A stretch of DNA of 64,000 nt. Origin: Planctomycetota bacterium. Lineage in GTDB: Bacteria; Planctomycetota; Planctomycetia; Isosphaerales; Isosphaeraceae. Position numbers and translations under genes: made by a program. A model generated the notes under the pieces. The model did no database searches and had not been told where the DNA came from. It worked only from the letters and a program-made list of their open reading frames with translations. Every line of letters starts with the position of its first letter. Position 1 is the stretch's first letter. The DNA lies in assembly GCA_021791715.1 (NCBI GenBank), contig JAJYWB010000009.1, forward strand, positions 41,272-105,271, read 5' to 3'. This document shows, in pieces, positions 1 to 9,039 of this stretch.

Positions 1-1047
1 ACCAATTCGGGTCGAAGCAAGGGGATTTACCTGCTCGAACTCGACGCCGCGACCGGGAACTTGACGTCGAAGGGGCTCGTCGCCGAATCGGCCGATCCTT
101 CGTTTTTGGCGATTCATCCCTCCAAAAACTTTTTATACGCGGTGAACGAGCTGGCGAAATTCGAGGGGGCGCCGGGAGGCGCGGTCAGCGGGTTCGCGAT
201 CGATCGCTCGACGGGAGCGCTTAAGCCGATCAATCAAAAGCCGACCAAAGGCGCCGCCCCGTGTCACCTCGTCGTCGATCGAACCGGCAAAAACGTGCTC
301 GCGGCGAATTATTATGGAGGAAGCATTACATGTTTACCGATTGACGAATCGGGAAAACTGGGCGACGCGTCGGGGTTCGTTCAACACAAAGGTACAAGCG
401 TCGATCCAAGGCGGCAGGAGGCGCCGCACGCTCATTCGATCAACGTCGACGCCGCGAACCGGTTCGCGATCGTCGCCGATCTTGGACTTGATAAAGTCTT
501 TACGTACCGATTCGATCCGGATAAGGGGACGTTCGCGGCCGGCGATCCTCCGTTCGTCGCGATCAAACCGGGTTCGGGACCTCGGCATTTCGCCTTTCAT
601 CCCGACGGCGAACACGCCTACGTGATCAACGAGATGGCTTCAACGATTACGGCGTTTCGATATCACGCGACCAATGGATCTTTGAGCGAGATTCAAACGA
701 TCGCGACGATTCCCGCCGATTTCCACGGCGACACTTCGACCGCCGACGTTCAGGTTCATCCCTCGGGCAAATTCCTCTACGGGTCGAATCGAGGACATGA
801 TAGTATCGCGATGTTTCGAATCGATCCCGCGACGGGAAAGACGACCTCGCTCGGCAACGAGCCGACGAGGGGGAAAACGCCGAGGAATTTCGGAATCGAT
901 CCGTCGGGTCGATTCCTTCTCGCCGAGAATCAAGATTCCGATACGATCGTCGTGTTCAAGATCGATCAGGAGACCGGCCGGCTCGAAGCGACGGGAAGCG
1001 CCGTAGCGGTTCCCATGCCCGTGTGCGTCAAGTTTTTGGAGAAATGA
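1..1047 (+). CDS. 6-phosphogluconolactonase-like, 7-bladed beta-propeller lactonase (YbhE/Pgl family); 5' end truncated by window
   Basis: Frame 1 is open from base 1 (TNSGRSKGIYLLELDAATGNLT...), matching the N-terminal 'GIYvfdLD..tG.L' block of this family. Later 'HPSGKFLYGSNRGHDSIAMFRID' and 'DPSGRFLLAENQDSDTIVVFKID' propeller blades. Stop at 1045-1047. Confidence 0.75.
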   Translation, partial: TNSGRSKGIYLLELDAATGNLTSKGLVAESADPSFLAIHPSKNFLYAVNELAKFEGAPGGAVSGFAIDRSTGALKPINQKPTKGAAPCHLVVDRTGKNVLAANYYGGSITCLPIDESGKLGDASGFVQHKGTSVDPRRQEAPHAHSINVDAANRFAIVADLGLDKVFTYRFDPDKGTFAAGDPPFVAIKPGSGPRHFAFHPDGEHAYVINEMASTITAFRYHATNGSLSEIQTIATIPADFHGDTSTADVQVHPSGKFLYGSNRGHDSIAMFRIDPATGKTTSLGNEPTRGKTPRNFGIDPSGRFLLAENQDSDTIVVFKIDQETGRLEATGSAVAVPMPVCVKFLEK

Positions 1048-1123
1048 CGGCCGATTCGGCCCCCCGGCGCGATCGATCGGAAAAAATCGTCGCGCCGGTG
1101 ATTCTAATACCTATATAAGTCAA

Positions 1124-2503
1124 TTATGCGATGATTTGTTCAATCGGTTCGCCGTGGGGGACGACCGCGAGGGGTCGATCGAGCTGATCCTTGAGCTCGA
1201 GATTCGCGGGAATCCCCAGCCGGCCGTAAATCGTCGCGATGATCTCGGCGGGAGTCGTCGGATCCGACGACGGATGCGCGCCGATTTTATCGGTTGATCC
1301 ATGCACATAGCCTTCTTTGATCCCGCCCCCCGCGAGAAACAGGCCGTAGCCGAAATTCCAGTGATCGCGCCCCGCCGCGGCGTTGATCTTCGGGCTCCTA
1401 CCGAACTCACCCATCACGACAACAAGCGTTCGCTTAAGCATGTCGCGAACGATGAGATCGTCGAGCAGGCTTGAAAGCGCGGCGTCGAGCTGGGGAAGGA
1501 GGGTCGATTTGAGCGTGTTGAAGTTATTCCCGTGCGTGTCCCACGTCGCGTTGGCGTCGGGCGCCCACGAGATCGTGACGACCCTCGTGCCGGCTTCGAT
1601 CAACCGCCTCGCCAGGAGCACGCTTTGTCCGTAAATATTGCGGCCGTAGCGGTCGCGAACGCGCGGATCCTCGCGATCGATCCGAAACGCGGCCTGCGTC
1701 GCCGGAGACGCGAGCATCTCGAAAGCTCGCGCTTGAAAGCGATCGAGATCGCGGAGCCGACGATCGTCGGCGAGCCCGTCGGGAAAACCCGCAAGCGTTT
1801 CTTTAAGCGACCTGCGCTTCCTGAACCGATCGCGATCGATCCCCGCGGGATGCGATAATTCGGGCATGCCGAAATCCGCCGCGTTGGGATCTTTCAGCAC
1901 GAAAAGCGGGTCGTACGATCGTCCCAGCCAGCCGCCGAAAAAGCCCGGTTGCGGCGGACCTCCAGCGCCTTCGGCGGTGATATAAGGAAGCGACACGTAG
2001 GGAACGATCGGCGTTACGGGAGGACGCCTGAGCCCGACGACCGAGCCGATCGCGGGGTTGTCGGTTCCCTTCGCTCCGCCGCCGAACTCGCCCCGATCGT
2101 GCCCGGTGAGCCCGCAATACACCGCCGCCGCGTGCGAGTTGTTCACCGAATGATGCGCCGATCGAATCAACGTACCCTTGTGTATCAACCGCGAAAATCG
2201 AGGTAAATGCTCGCAAACCTGAATTCCGGGAAGGGTCGACGCGATCGGCTTGAATTCGCCGCGGATCCCGTCGGGCGCGTTCGGCTTCATATCCCACATA
2301 TCCAGATGACTGGGACCGCCATTCAAAAAGATAATGATACAACAATCAGCCGACGGGACGATCCCGTTCCGCTCGCGCGATTCGGCTGCGTGGAGAAGCC
2401 GCGCCGCGTCGAGACCGAGGATCGCGCTCCCGCCGATTTGAATCATCCTCCGCCGCGAAATCGGCTTCGACCCGCGGTGCGCGTTCGCTTTCCCGTTCGC
2501 CAT
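1124..2503 (-). CDS. DUF1501 family protein (sulfatase-like fold) with Tat signal
   Basis: RRRMIQIGGSAILGL twin-arginine signal. DUF1501-type blocks (FLNGGPSHLDMWDMKP, VVMGEFGRSP, GRDHWN). ATG at 2503 chosen over the upstream TTG given in the ORF track. Confidence 0.7.
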   Translation of the reverse strand: MANGKANAHRGSKPISRRRMIQIGGSAILGLDAARLLHAAESRERNGIVPSADCCIIIFLNGGPSHLDMWDMKPNAPDGIRGEFKPIASTLPGIQVCEHLPRFSRLIHKGTLIRSAHHSVNNSHAAAVYCGLTGHDRGEFGGGAKGTDNPAIGSVVGLRRPPVTPIVPYVSLPYITAEGAGGPPQPGFFGGWLGRSYDPLFVLKDPNAADFGMPELSHPAGIDRDRFRKRRSLKETLAGFPDGLADDRRLRDLDRFQARAFEMLASPATQAAFRIDREDPRVRDRYGRNIYGQSVLLARRLIEAGTRVVTISWAPDANATWDTHGNNFNTLKSTLLPQLDAALSSLLDDLIVRDMLKRTLVVVMGEFGRSPKINAAAGRDHWNFGYGLFLAGGGIKEGYVHGSTDKIGAHPSSDPTTPAEIIATIYGRLGIPANLELKDQLDRPLAVVPHGEPIEQIIA

Positions 2504-2740
2504 GATCAAATCCCTCCGCGTGCGGCGATTGTTTAACAATTATCAAGCTTACCCGAACGCGAGGCGGTTCGCCAGAGGGAAAGATCGGCGCGTTCGATTC
2601 ATGTCGAATACCCGAACCCCGATCGATCGCCGAAAAGTCGCACTTAATCAATATTTGAAGACATTATTAAATCCGGTAGAAACGACGAAGCGAAAGACGG
2701 GCTTCGAGGCTTAATCGATTGTTATTGAGGAGTTAACCGG

Positions 2741-3868
2741 TCACGCCCGCGCCGGCTCGGCGAGAGCCGCGACGATCGGCCGTTCGCGGTCGCGTCGTTC
2801 GAGATACCAACGAACCGATCGCTCGATGCTTTCTTGATAACCCAGAGCGGGGAACCAGCCCAGCGTGTTTCGCGCCTTCGCCGTGCTGTAGCTGATCGAT
2901 CGACCCATCAACCACGCCGCATAACGCGTGACGAGCGGCGGCCGAGTGCTTTTCGTCAATCGCGCGATCGTTTCCAGAACCGTCGCCCCAGCGAAGATCG
3001 CCGCATAAGGCCGGATTTTCGACACGCTCGGAGCGTTCGCGGCGCGGGCGAACAGATTGATAAACTCGCGCTGAGTGATCGGCCCCTGATCGGTGATGTT
3101 AAACGCCTCGCCGATCGCCGACGGATGACAAGCCGCCAAAATCGCGGCGTCGGCGACGTTCCCAGCATAAACGGCGCTGATCGGGTTATCCCCCTTGCCG
3201 AACAACGGCACGATCCCCTTCTCGAGCCGCTCGACCAGCCGAGCCAGCGTCGTTCGATCGCGCTCGCCGTAAAGCCAGCTCGGACGAATCACCGTCAAAC
3301 GCAAACCCGCTTCTCGCTCCAATCCCCAAACGACACGCTCGGACTCCACCTTGCTACGCGTGTAAGGATCCCAAAACCAAAGGTTTTGACCGAGAGGCTC
3401 GGTCTCCTCAATCGCACCGCCCCGATCCGCGGGATGACCGTAAGCCGAAGTGGAACTGATGTGAACAAATCTTTCAACACTGGAACGCGCCGAAGCCGCG
3501 GCGATGTTTCGCGTCGCGTCGACGCAACCCGCCTGAAACTCGCTCCACGTTCCCCAATCGCCGACCTTCGCGGCGCAATGATAAACGATTCCCACTCCCT
3601 CGGTCGCGCGGAGGCAAGCGTCGCGATCGGTTAAATCCCCCACGACCTTCTCGCAACCGAGCGTATCGAGGAACGACGTATCGCTTTCCGGACGCACCAA
3701 AACGCGAACCCGCTCGCCCCGTTCGACGAGCTTTTCGGCGATATGGCCCCCCAGCAGCCCCGTCGCTCCCGTCACAAGATTCAAAACATGTTTCAACACG
3801 ATCAATATCTTCTTGCCGGGCGATTGACCCAAATGGAACGTCGCAAGCGATCTCCGCTCAATCTTCAT
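2741..3868 (-). CDS. NAD-dependent epimerase/dehydratase (extended SDR); true start probably ~3.78 kb
   Basis: Rossmann motif VTGATGLLGGHIAEKLVERG near the N-terminus; YxxxK-type region (DPYTRSK). Several GTG/TTG candidate starts just upstream of the Rossmann motif. Confidence 0.7.
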   Translation of the reverse strand: MKIERRSLATFHLGQSPGKKILIVLKHVLNLVTGATGLLGGHIAEKLVERGERVRVLVRPESDTSFLDTLGCEKVVGDLTDRDACLRATEGVGIVYHCAAKVGDWGTWSEFQAGCVDATRNIAAASARSSVERFVHISSTSAYGHPADRGGAIEETEPLGQNLWFWDPYTRSKVESERVVWGLEREAGLRLTVIRPSWLYGERDRTTLARLVERLEKGIVPLFGKGDNPISAVYAGNVADAAILAACHPSAIGEAFNITDQGPITQREFINLFARAANAPSVSKIRPYAAIFAGATVLETIARLTKSTRPPLVTRYAAWLMGRSISYSTAKARNTLGWFPALGYQESIERSVRWYLERRDRERPIVAALAEPARA

Positions 3869-4054
3869 CGATCCGCGGAGCGCCTTATCTTAACCTTTAC
3901 AATCCCCGCGGCAAAGCGACTTTGACGAAACCCGCGAACCCTCGCATGATCGTCGATTGCGATTCGCTCGCCGACCGTTAATACTATGTTTTCTCGGTAC
4001 GCTTCAATTCGTTCTCGTTTCGATCCTCCCAACATCGCGGAATCGAGGGGCTCG

Positions 4055-5026
4055 ATGACCGATATGAATACTAACGATCCTTCACATGAGGATCGCGCGC
4101 CGAACGAAGACCTGCAATTTCATAAGGCCGAGTACGCGTCCGAGGCCGCAACGACGACGTGCGTCGCGTGCGGCCGGCCGATCGATTCGATCTATTTCGA
4201 GGCGAACGGACAGATCGTGTGCGAGCCGTGCCGCGATTCGATCCGTTCGGCCGTCGCGGCGGGGTCCGCGCCGGCGCGGTTCCTTCGAGCCTCGATCCTC
4301 GGAGTCGTCGCGGGAATCGCGGGTTTCGCGATCTACTACGCGGTCATGAAATTCGCCCACATGGAAATCGGCTTGATATCCATTCTTGTAGGCTTCATGG
4401 TGGGTTCGGCGGTTCGTACCGGATCGAGAAACAAAGGGGGCGCCGTTTATCAGTTGCTCGCGGTCTTCCTTTCTTACACAGCGATCGGCGCGAGCTACTC
4501 GGCCGCGATCATCCCCGACATGCTCAAAGAACGACAAAACCGACAAAATCCCCCGATCGCCGCGGCGCCCAAAAATCAACCCGCGAACGATCTCACCAAA
4601 AACCGTCCCGACGATCCCCCAAAAGTCGCCGAAAACGACCCCAAAACCGTCGACGCCGAAAACCCCAAAACCGTCGTCAAAAACGACCCCAAAGCCGATC
4701 CCGCGGACGATCCCGATCCCGAACCGACGCCCGCCCCCAAAGCCCTAGCCGCCGCCGGCCTTCAAAATCCTAAAATCAACGCTGCGGCGGATGTTCAAAT
4801 GTCTCCCATTCGCGCCCTGGCGGTTTTGGCGGGGTTATTGATGATGTCGGTGTATGTTCTGCCGATTTTGGTCGGGTTCCAGCAGCCGATCGGCCTCTTT
4901 ATCATCGCGTTCGCGCTTTGGGAGGCGTGGAAGCTTAACGTTCGGCCCAGGTTGGAGATGCGCGGGCCGTTTCGAATCGATGAAGCGAGAGCCGCCGCGG
5001 CGAATGAGATCCCTCGCCATGGTTGA
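4055..5026 (+). CDS. hypothetical membrane protein with N-terminal CxxC...CxxC zinc ribbon
   Basis: ATG at 4055 preceded by a GAGGGG Shine-Dalgarno-like sequence. 'CVACGRPIDSIYFEANGQIVCEPC' zinc ribbon, 4-5 predicted TM helices, Pro/Asp/Lys-rich linker. Stop overlaps the next gene's start (ATGGTTGA). Confidence 0.5.
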   Translation: MTDMNTNDPSHEDRAPNEDLQFHKAEYASEAATTTCVACGRPIDSIYFEANGQIVCEPCRDSIRSAVAAGSAPARFLRASILGVVAGIAGFAIYYAVMKFAHMEIGLISILVGFMVGSAVRTGSRNKGGAVYQLLAVFLSYTAIGASYSAAIIPDMLKERQNRQNPPIAAAPKNQPANDLTKNRPDDPPKVAENDPKTVDAENPKTVVKNDPKADPADDPDPEPTPAPKALAAAGLQNPKINAAADVQMSPIRALAVLAGLLMMSVYVLPILVGFQQPIGLFIIAFALWEAWKLNVRPRLEMRGPFRIDEARAAAANEIPRHG

Positions 5027-6110
5027 ACTTATTGAATCGTTTGAATCCATCTCGTGCCCCGGTTGCGGTTCACCCGTTTCGCCTCGGCTGCTCGCTTGCC
5101 CGAGTTGCCGAGGCTTGATTCACGCCGATCGGTTGAATCGCCTCGCCTCGACCGCCGAAGCCGCCGCGGGCCAAGGAGATATAAGCACGGAGCTCGCCGC
5201 ATGGCGCGAGGCGCTCGAACTTTTACCCCCCGTAACGCGTCAACATCAGATCATTTCTCAAAAGATTGTCGAATTGGAGAAGCGACTCGAATCCGATCCG
5301 AAGCGAGCGACCTCGAAGCCGGTCTCGAAAGGTTCGGAACCCGCGGGAGGCGGCTCGGCCAAAGGCTGGAAGGGCGCCGCGGGGCTCGGTGGAATCTCGC
5401 TGATCCTCTGGAAATTCAAGTTCGTCGCGATCCTCGTGGCCACCAAGCTTAAATTCTTACTGCTGGGACTGACGAAGGCGAGTACGTTCTTTTCGATGTT
5501 TTTATCGATCGGCGTTTATTGGACGGCGTTCGGCGCCCCGCTCGCGATCGGCCTCGTTATCTCGATTTATATTCACGAAATGGGTCATGTGGCGACTTTG
5601 GCGCGTTACGGTCATCCCGCCTCGGCGCCGCTGTTTATACCGGGTTTGGGGGCTTTGATTCGGCTGCGGCGCGATATCCCCGACCCGCGCCAGGACGCTC
5701 GGATCGGCCTGGCGGGTCCGGTTTGGGGTTTGGGAGCGGCGATCGTCGCCGCGATCGTCTATTACGCGACGGCGAGGCCGATTTGGGGAGCGATCGCTCA
5801 GCTCGGCGCCTGGATCAATTTATTCAATCTGATTCCGATCTGGAGCCTCGACGGCGGCCGAGCGTTTCGTACGCTCCCGCGCCGTAGGCGTCGGCTCGCG
5901 GTCGTGGCGATCGGCGTCTTGTGGCTTCTGATCTCGACGGTCGACCCCGGATCGAAGGCCGAGGGGATGCTCGTTTTGATCGGCGCGGGCGCGATCTTCC
6001 GATCGGTCGCGGGAGAAGCTCCGCACGAGTCCGACGACGCGGCGCTCGCGACTTATATCGCTCTCGTCGCGGCGCTCGCCGCGCTCGCGTCGCTCCCCGT
6101 CTCACCGTGA
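5019..6110 (+). CDS. M50 family metallopeptidase (site-2 protease-like) with N-terminal zinc ribbon
   Basis: HEMGH (HExxH) inside a TM helix. Downstream 'NLFNLIPIWSLDGG' (NxxPxxxLDG) motif typical of S2P/SpoIVFB-type proteases. N-terminal CPGC...CPSC. Start overlaps the upstream stop by 8 bp. Confidence 0.7.
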   Translation: MVELIESFESISCPGCGSPVSPRLLACPSCRGLIHADRLNRLASTAEAAAGQGDISTELAAWREALELLPPVTRQHQIISQKIVELEKRLESDPKRATSKPVSKGSEPAGGGSAKGWKGAAGLGGISLILWKFKFVAILVATKLKFLLLGLTKASTFFSMFLSIGVYWTAFGAPLAIGLVISIYIHEMGHVATLARYGHPASAPLFIPGLGALIRLRRDIPDPRQDARIGLAGPVWGLGAAIVAAIVYYATARPIWGAIAQLGAWINLFNLIPIWSLDGGRAFRTLPRRRRRLAVVAIGVLWLLISTVDPGSKAEGMLVLIGAGAIFRSVAGEAPHESDDAALATYIALVAALAALASLPVSP

Positions 6111-6185
6111 ACCACGGATTTAGCCGTAAGAGTAACAATGCTTATTAGTTGCAATAATAGTTGTGAAGGGTTAGCTGTTTATCCA

Positions 6186-6960
6186 GTTCTCGATCGCCGC
6201 GAACCGCGAATCGAAGATTTTCACCACGGATGACACGGATTCCACGGATAAGAATAGATAAAATATATACGGTATAATGTTAGATGTCAAACGGCGATCA
6301 CCGCGCGCCGCGAACCGCGAACCGCGAATCGAAGTTTTTCACCACGGATGACACGGATTCCACGGATAAGAATAGATAGAATACATACGTTATAATGTCG
6401 AATGTCAAACGGCGATCGCCGGGCGCCGCGAACCGCGAATCGAAGTTTTTCACCACGGATGACACGGACTCCACGGATAAGAATAGATAAAATATATACG
6501 GTATAATGTTAGATGTCAAACGGCGATCACCGCGCGCCGCGAACCGCGAATCGAAGATTTTCACCACGGATGACACGGATTCCACGGATAAGAATAGAGA
6601 GAATATATACGTTATAATGTCGAATGTCAAAAGGCGATCATCGTGCGCCGCGAACCGCGAATCGAAGATTTTCACCACGGATGACACGGATTCCACGGAT
6701 AAGAATAGATAAAATATATACGGTATAATGTCGAATGTCAAACGGCGATCGCCGGGCGCCGCGAACCGCGAATCGAAGATTTTCACCACGGATGACACGG
6801 ATTCCACGGATAAGAATAGATAGAATATATACGTTATAATGTCGAATGTCAAACGGCGATCGCCGGGCGACGCGAACCGCGAACCGCGAATTGAAGAATT
6901 TCACCACGGACGACACGGACCGCACGGACAGGATAAATAATATATATTTTTTATTTTAGA
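6186..6960. repeat. intergenic tandem repeat array, 7 units of 110-119 bp (two alternating unit variants plus a degenerate terminal unit)
   Basis: Anchor 'gaatcgaag(a/t)ttttcaccacgg' recurs at 6208, 6326, 6437, 6548, 6658, 6769 and 6888. Each unit is a GC-rich block (cgatcgccgcgaaccgcgaatcgaagattttcaccacggatgacacggattccacggat) plus an AT-rich block containing 'tataatgt'. The minus-frame ORF 6298-6852 is just the repeat translated. Confidence 0.9.
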
Positions 6961-7210
6961 TAATGTATAACAATACAATGGATCGATTGATTCGCGAGGT
7001 CGCGTCGTCGAAGCCGTCGTAGTGCGCAAAATCGACGTGATGGATGAAATCGTCGCTTCAGTTCGTTTGAAATTGGAAATACACGCCCGCGGCGCCGCCG
7101 TGTGCGTGAGATCCGGAGGAACAGGAGGTCGAATCGAGCCAGCTCGAAGGAGATACCGAGACGATTCGATATCCGCCGCGTTGGAAAATCGGTTTCGATC
7201 GACTCGCCTC

Positions 7211-7502
7211 GAGCGATGATGCAAAAAATCAACACGATCGCCACGATGATTTCATAATATACGGATATTATAGCGTACAATCTCTCAAAATCCGCAGAAA
7301 AACAAGCCTTTTCATTCATCAGTAACCCCACTCCAAAAAAATCGAGAAAAACCAAAAACGGGTCTTGCAATCCGATCGCGCGGTCGTTAGCGTAAGGATT
7401 TTAGATCCATCGATGTGATTCGGAATTTCTCGATTCACCTATCGATCGATCCTCTCTCGGGCGGGCCTTCGCCGCCCCCCGCGTCGTCCTCAGGTTTGGG
7501 TC
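7211..7502 (+). promoter_or_regulatory. conserved ~290-bp non-coding leader element, copy A (second copy at 48042-48332)
   Basis: Colinear nucleotide identity with 48042-48332. Shared blocks include aaaaatcaacac, aaaaacaagc, aaaacgggt(c/a)ttgcaatcc, gatgtgattcgga, cgatcgatcctctctcgggcggg, cccccgcgtcgtc(c/t)tc(a/g)ggtttgggtc. Lies 131 bp upstream of the ATG at 7633. Confidence 0.8.
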
Positions 7503-7632
7503 AAGAGAATGTATCTCCGGGAGGGCCAGGCGTCGACCGAGCCGACATTTTTCAATTCAGGAATAAGAAACGGCACACATGACCGTTCGCTCTTACAATG
7601 AGTTCGCGTCGCATGAACTAAGGATGCAATAG

Positions 7633-9000
7633 ATGAACTCACATGAAATTGCGAATTCGAGTACGTTCGACTCTAAGGGAATGCTTTCCGATCAACATCA
7701 TTGCGCGAAAGTTTTAACCAGAATGGACGATGCTTGTACGTACACGTGGAATTATCGCAACGAGATGACGGGATTCAGCGAGAAGAATTCGTCGGGGACG
7801 GTGATCTCTTCGGGAACGTATACGTATGATTCGCTCGATCGTCGCATCGGCGTCGACGAGACATCGGGCGGAACGACGACGCAGACGTGGATCGTGTACA
7901 ACGGGAATTCAAACACGCCTTACGCGCAGTTCAACGGCTCGGGCACGCTTTTGGAGCGTTATCTCGAGGGACCGTCTTACTTTCCGGGAGTGACGGGGAT
8001 GATTGCGCGCACGAACGCCTCGGGCCTGACCGACTGGTACTTGACGGGCAAACTCGGCTCGGTGCGCGACATCGTCAATACGTCGGGGACGGTGATCGAT
8101 CACATCTCTTTCGGAGCGTTCGGTTCGATCCGCGCCGAGACCAATCCGAGCTCGAGGAGCCAATTCAAGTTCGACGGCATGCAGAACGATTCGATCACAG
8201 GGTTGTACAACGATTGGCATCGGGGGTATTCGTCCACAAATGGTAGGTTCGAATCATTCGATCCGATGTCTTTTCAATCGAAGGAGACCAATCTCTATCT
8301 CTTCGTGGAGAACGGTCCAATCAACAATCTCGATCCAACAGGAGATATCATCGATTCCATCCTCGAAATGGAATATGGATTTGCCTCACAAAATAACATT
8401 CTGGGTCATCATGGAGGATTCGGCGGTGGGCATGGCGGTATCGGCGGAGGACACGGCGGATTGGGAGGTGGGCAAGGAGCCGGAGGTGGTGGACATGTAG
8501 GGATCGGCGGTGGCCATGGAGGCTTCCCAGGAGGTGGACATGGAGGATTGCCGGGAGCTGGACATGGAGGACTTCCAGGAGGTGGTCATATCGGATCACC
8601 CCGAGTGGGAAATAACCCTGGACATCCATCGCATACACCACCATCTACTGTAACAATTGGTCTTACAGGAGGTGGAGGTACGGTTCACATCGGAATTGAT
8701 CCAGGAAGCGATGGAGCTGTTACGACCACTCCAAATGATCCAAATCCTGGAGTCACACAAATCACCGGCTCGTTAGGAGGAAGTTGGGCTCCTCCTTACG
8801 GTAATCCTTTCAATCCTAATTTTGGTGGTGGAATCTATTACAATCCTCGATGGGGGACGCCTTTTTTCCCATTCAATGTCGGCAATACACCGATCGGATT
8901 TAATCCACCTGGATTTCCTATCGCCATTCAAGGTCCATTGATTCCAATCCCTGGACCACTCGGTCCGTTCGGCCCGAACGGACCTTGGTTTGATCCTTGA
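7633..9000 (+). CDS. orphan RHS fragment: terminal YD repeats + RHS repeat-associated core + Gly/His/Pro-rich C-terminal domain
   Basis: 'YTYDSLDRRIGV' YD repeat. Core signature 'GLYNDWHRGYSSTNGRFESFDPM...NLYLFVENGPINNLDPTGD'. Then GHHGGFGGGHGGIGGGHGG... and a Pro/Gly/Asn/Phe-rich tail. No N-terminal RHS body or signal peptide; ORF opens right after a stop. Confidence 0.75.
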   Translation: MNSHEIANSSTFDSKGMLSDQHHCAKVLTRMDDACTYTWNYRNEMTGFSEKNSSGTVISSGTYTYDSLDRRIGVDETSGGTTTQTWIVYNGNSNTPYAQFNGSGTLLERYLEGPSYFPGVTGMIARTNASGLTDWYLTGKLGSVRDIVNTSGTVIDHISFGAFGSIRAETNPSSRSQFKFDGMQNDSITGLYNDWHRGYSSTNGRFESFDPMSFQSKETNLYLFVENGPINNLDPTGDIIDSILEMEYGFASQNNILGHHGGFGGGHGGIGGGHGGLGGGQGAGGGGHVGIGGGHGGFPGGGHGGLPGAGHGGLPGGGHIGSPRVGNNPGHPSHTPPSTVTIGLTGGGGTVHIGIDPGSDGAVTTTPNDPNPGVTQITGSLGGSWAPPYGNPFNPNFGGGIYYNPRWGTPFFPFNVGNTPIGFNPPGFPIAIQGPLIPIPGPLGPFGPNGPWFDP

Positions 9001-9039
9001 TTCTGATATATTTCCTTTATCCCATAAAAGGAGACTCCG

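Noticed and set aside
6298-6852. 184-aa minus-strand ORF with a perfectly periodic protein sequence
   Set aside because: It is simply the 111-119-bp DNA tandem repeat read in an open frame. The period of the protein repeat equals the DNA period and the frame breaks at unit variants.
6186-6960. CRISPR array interpretation of the two repeat arrays (also 45331-45900)
   Set aside because: No unique spacers. In the first array the entire unit repeats. In the second the inter-core segments are themselves duplicated. No cas genes in the window.
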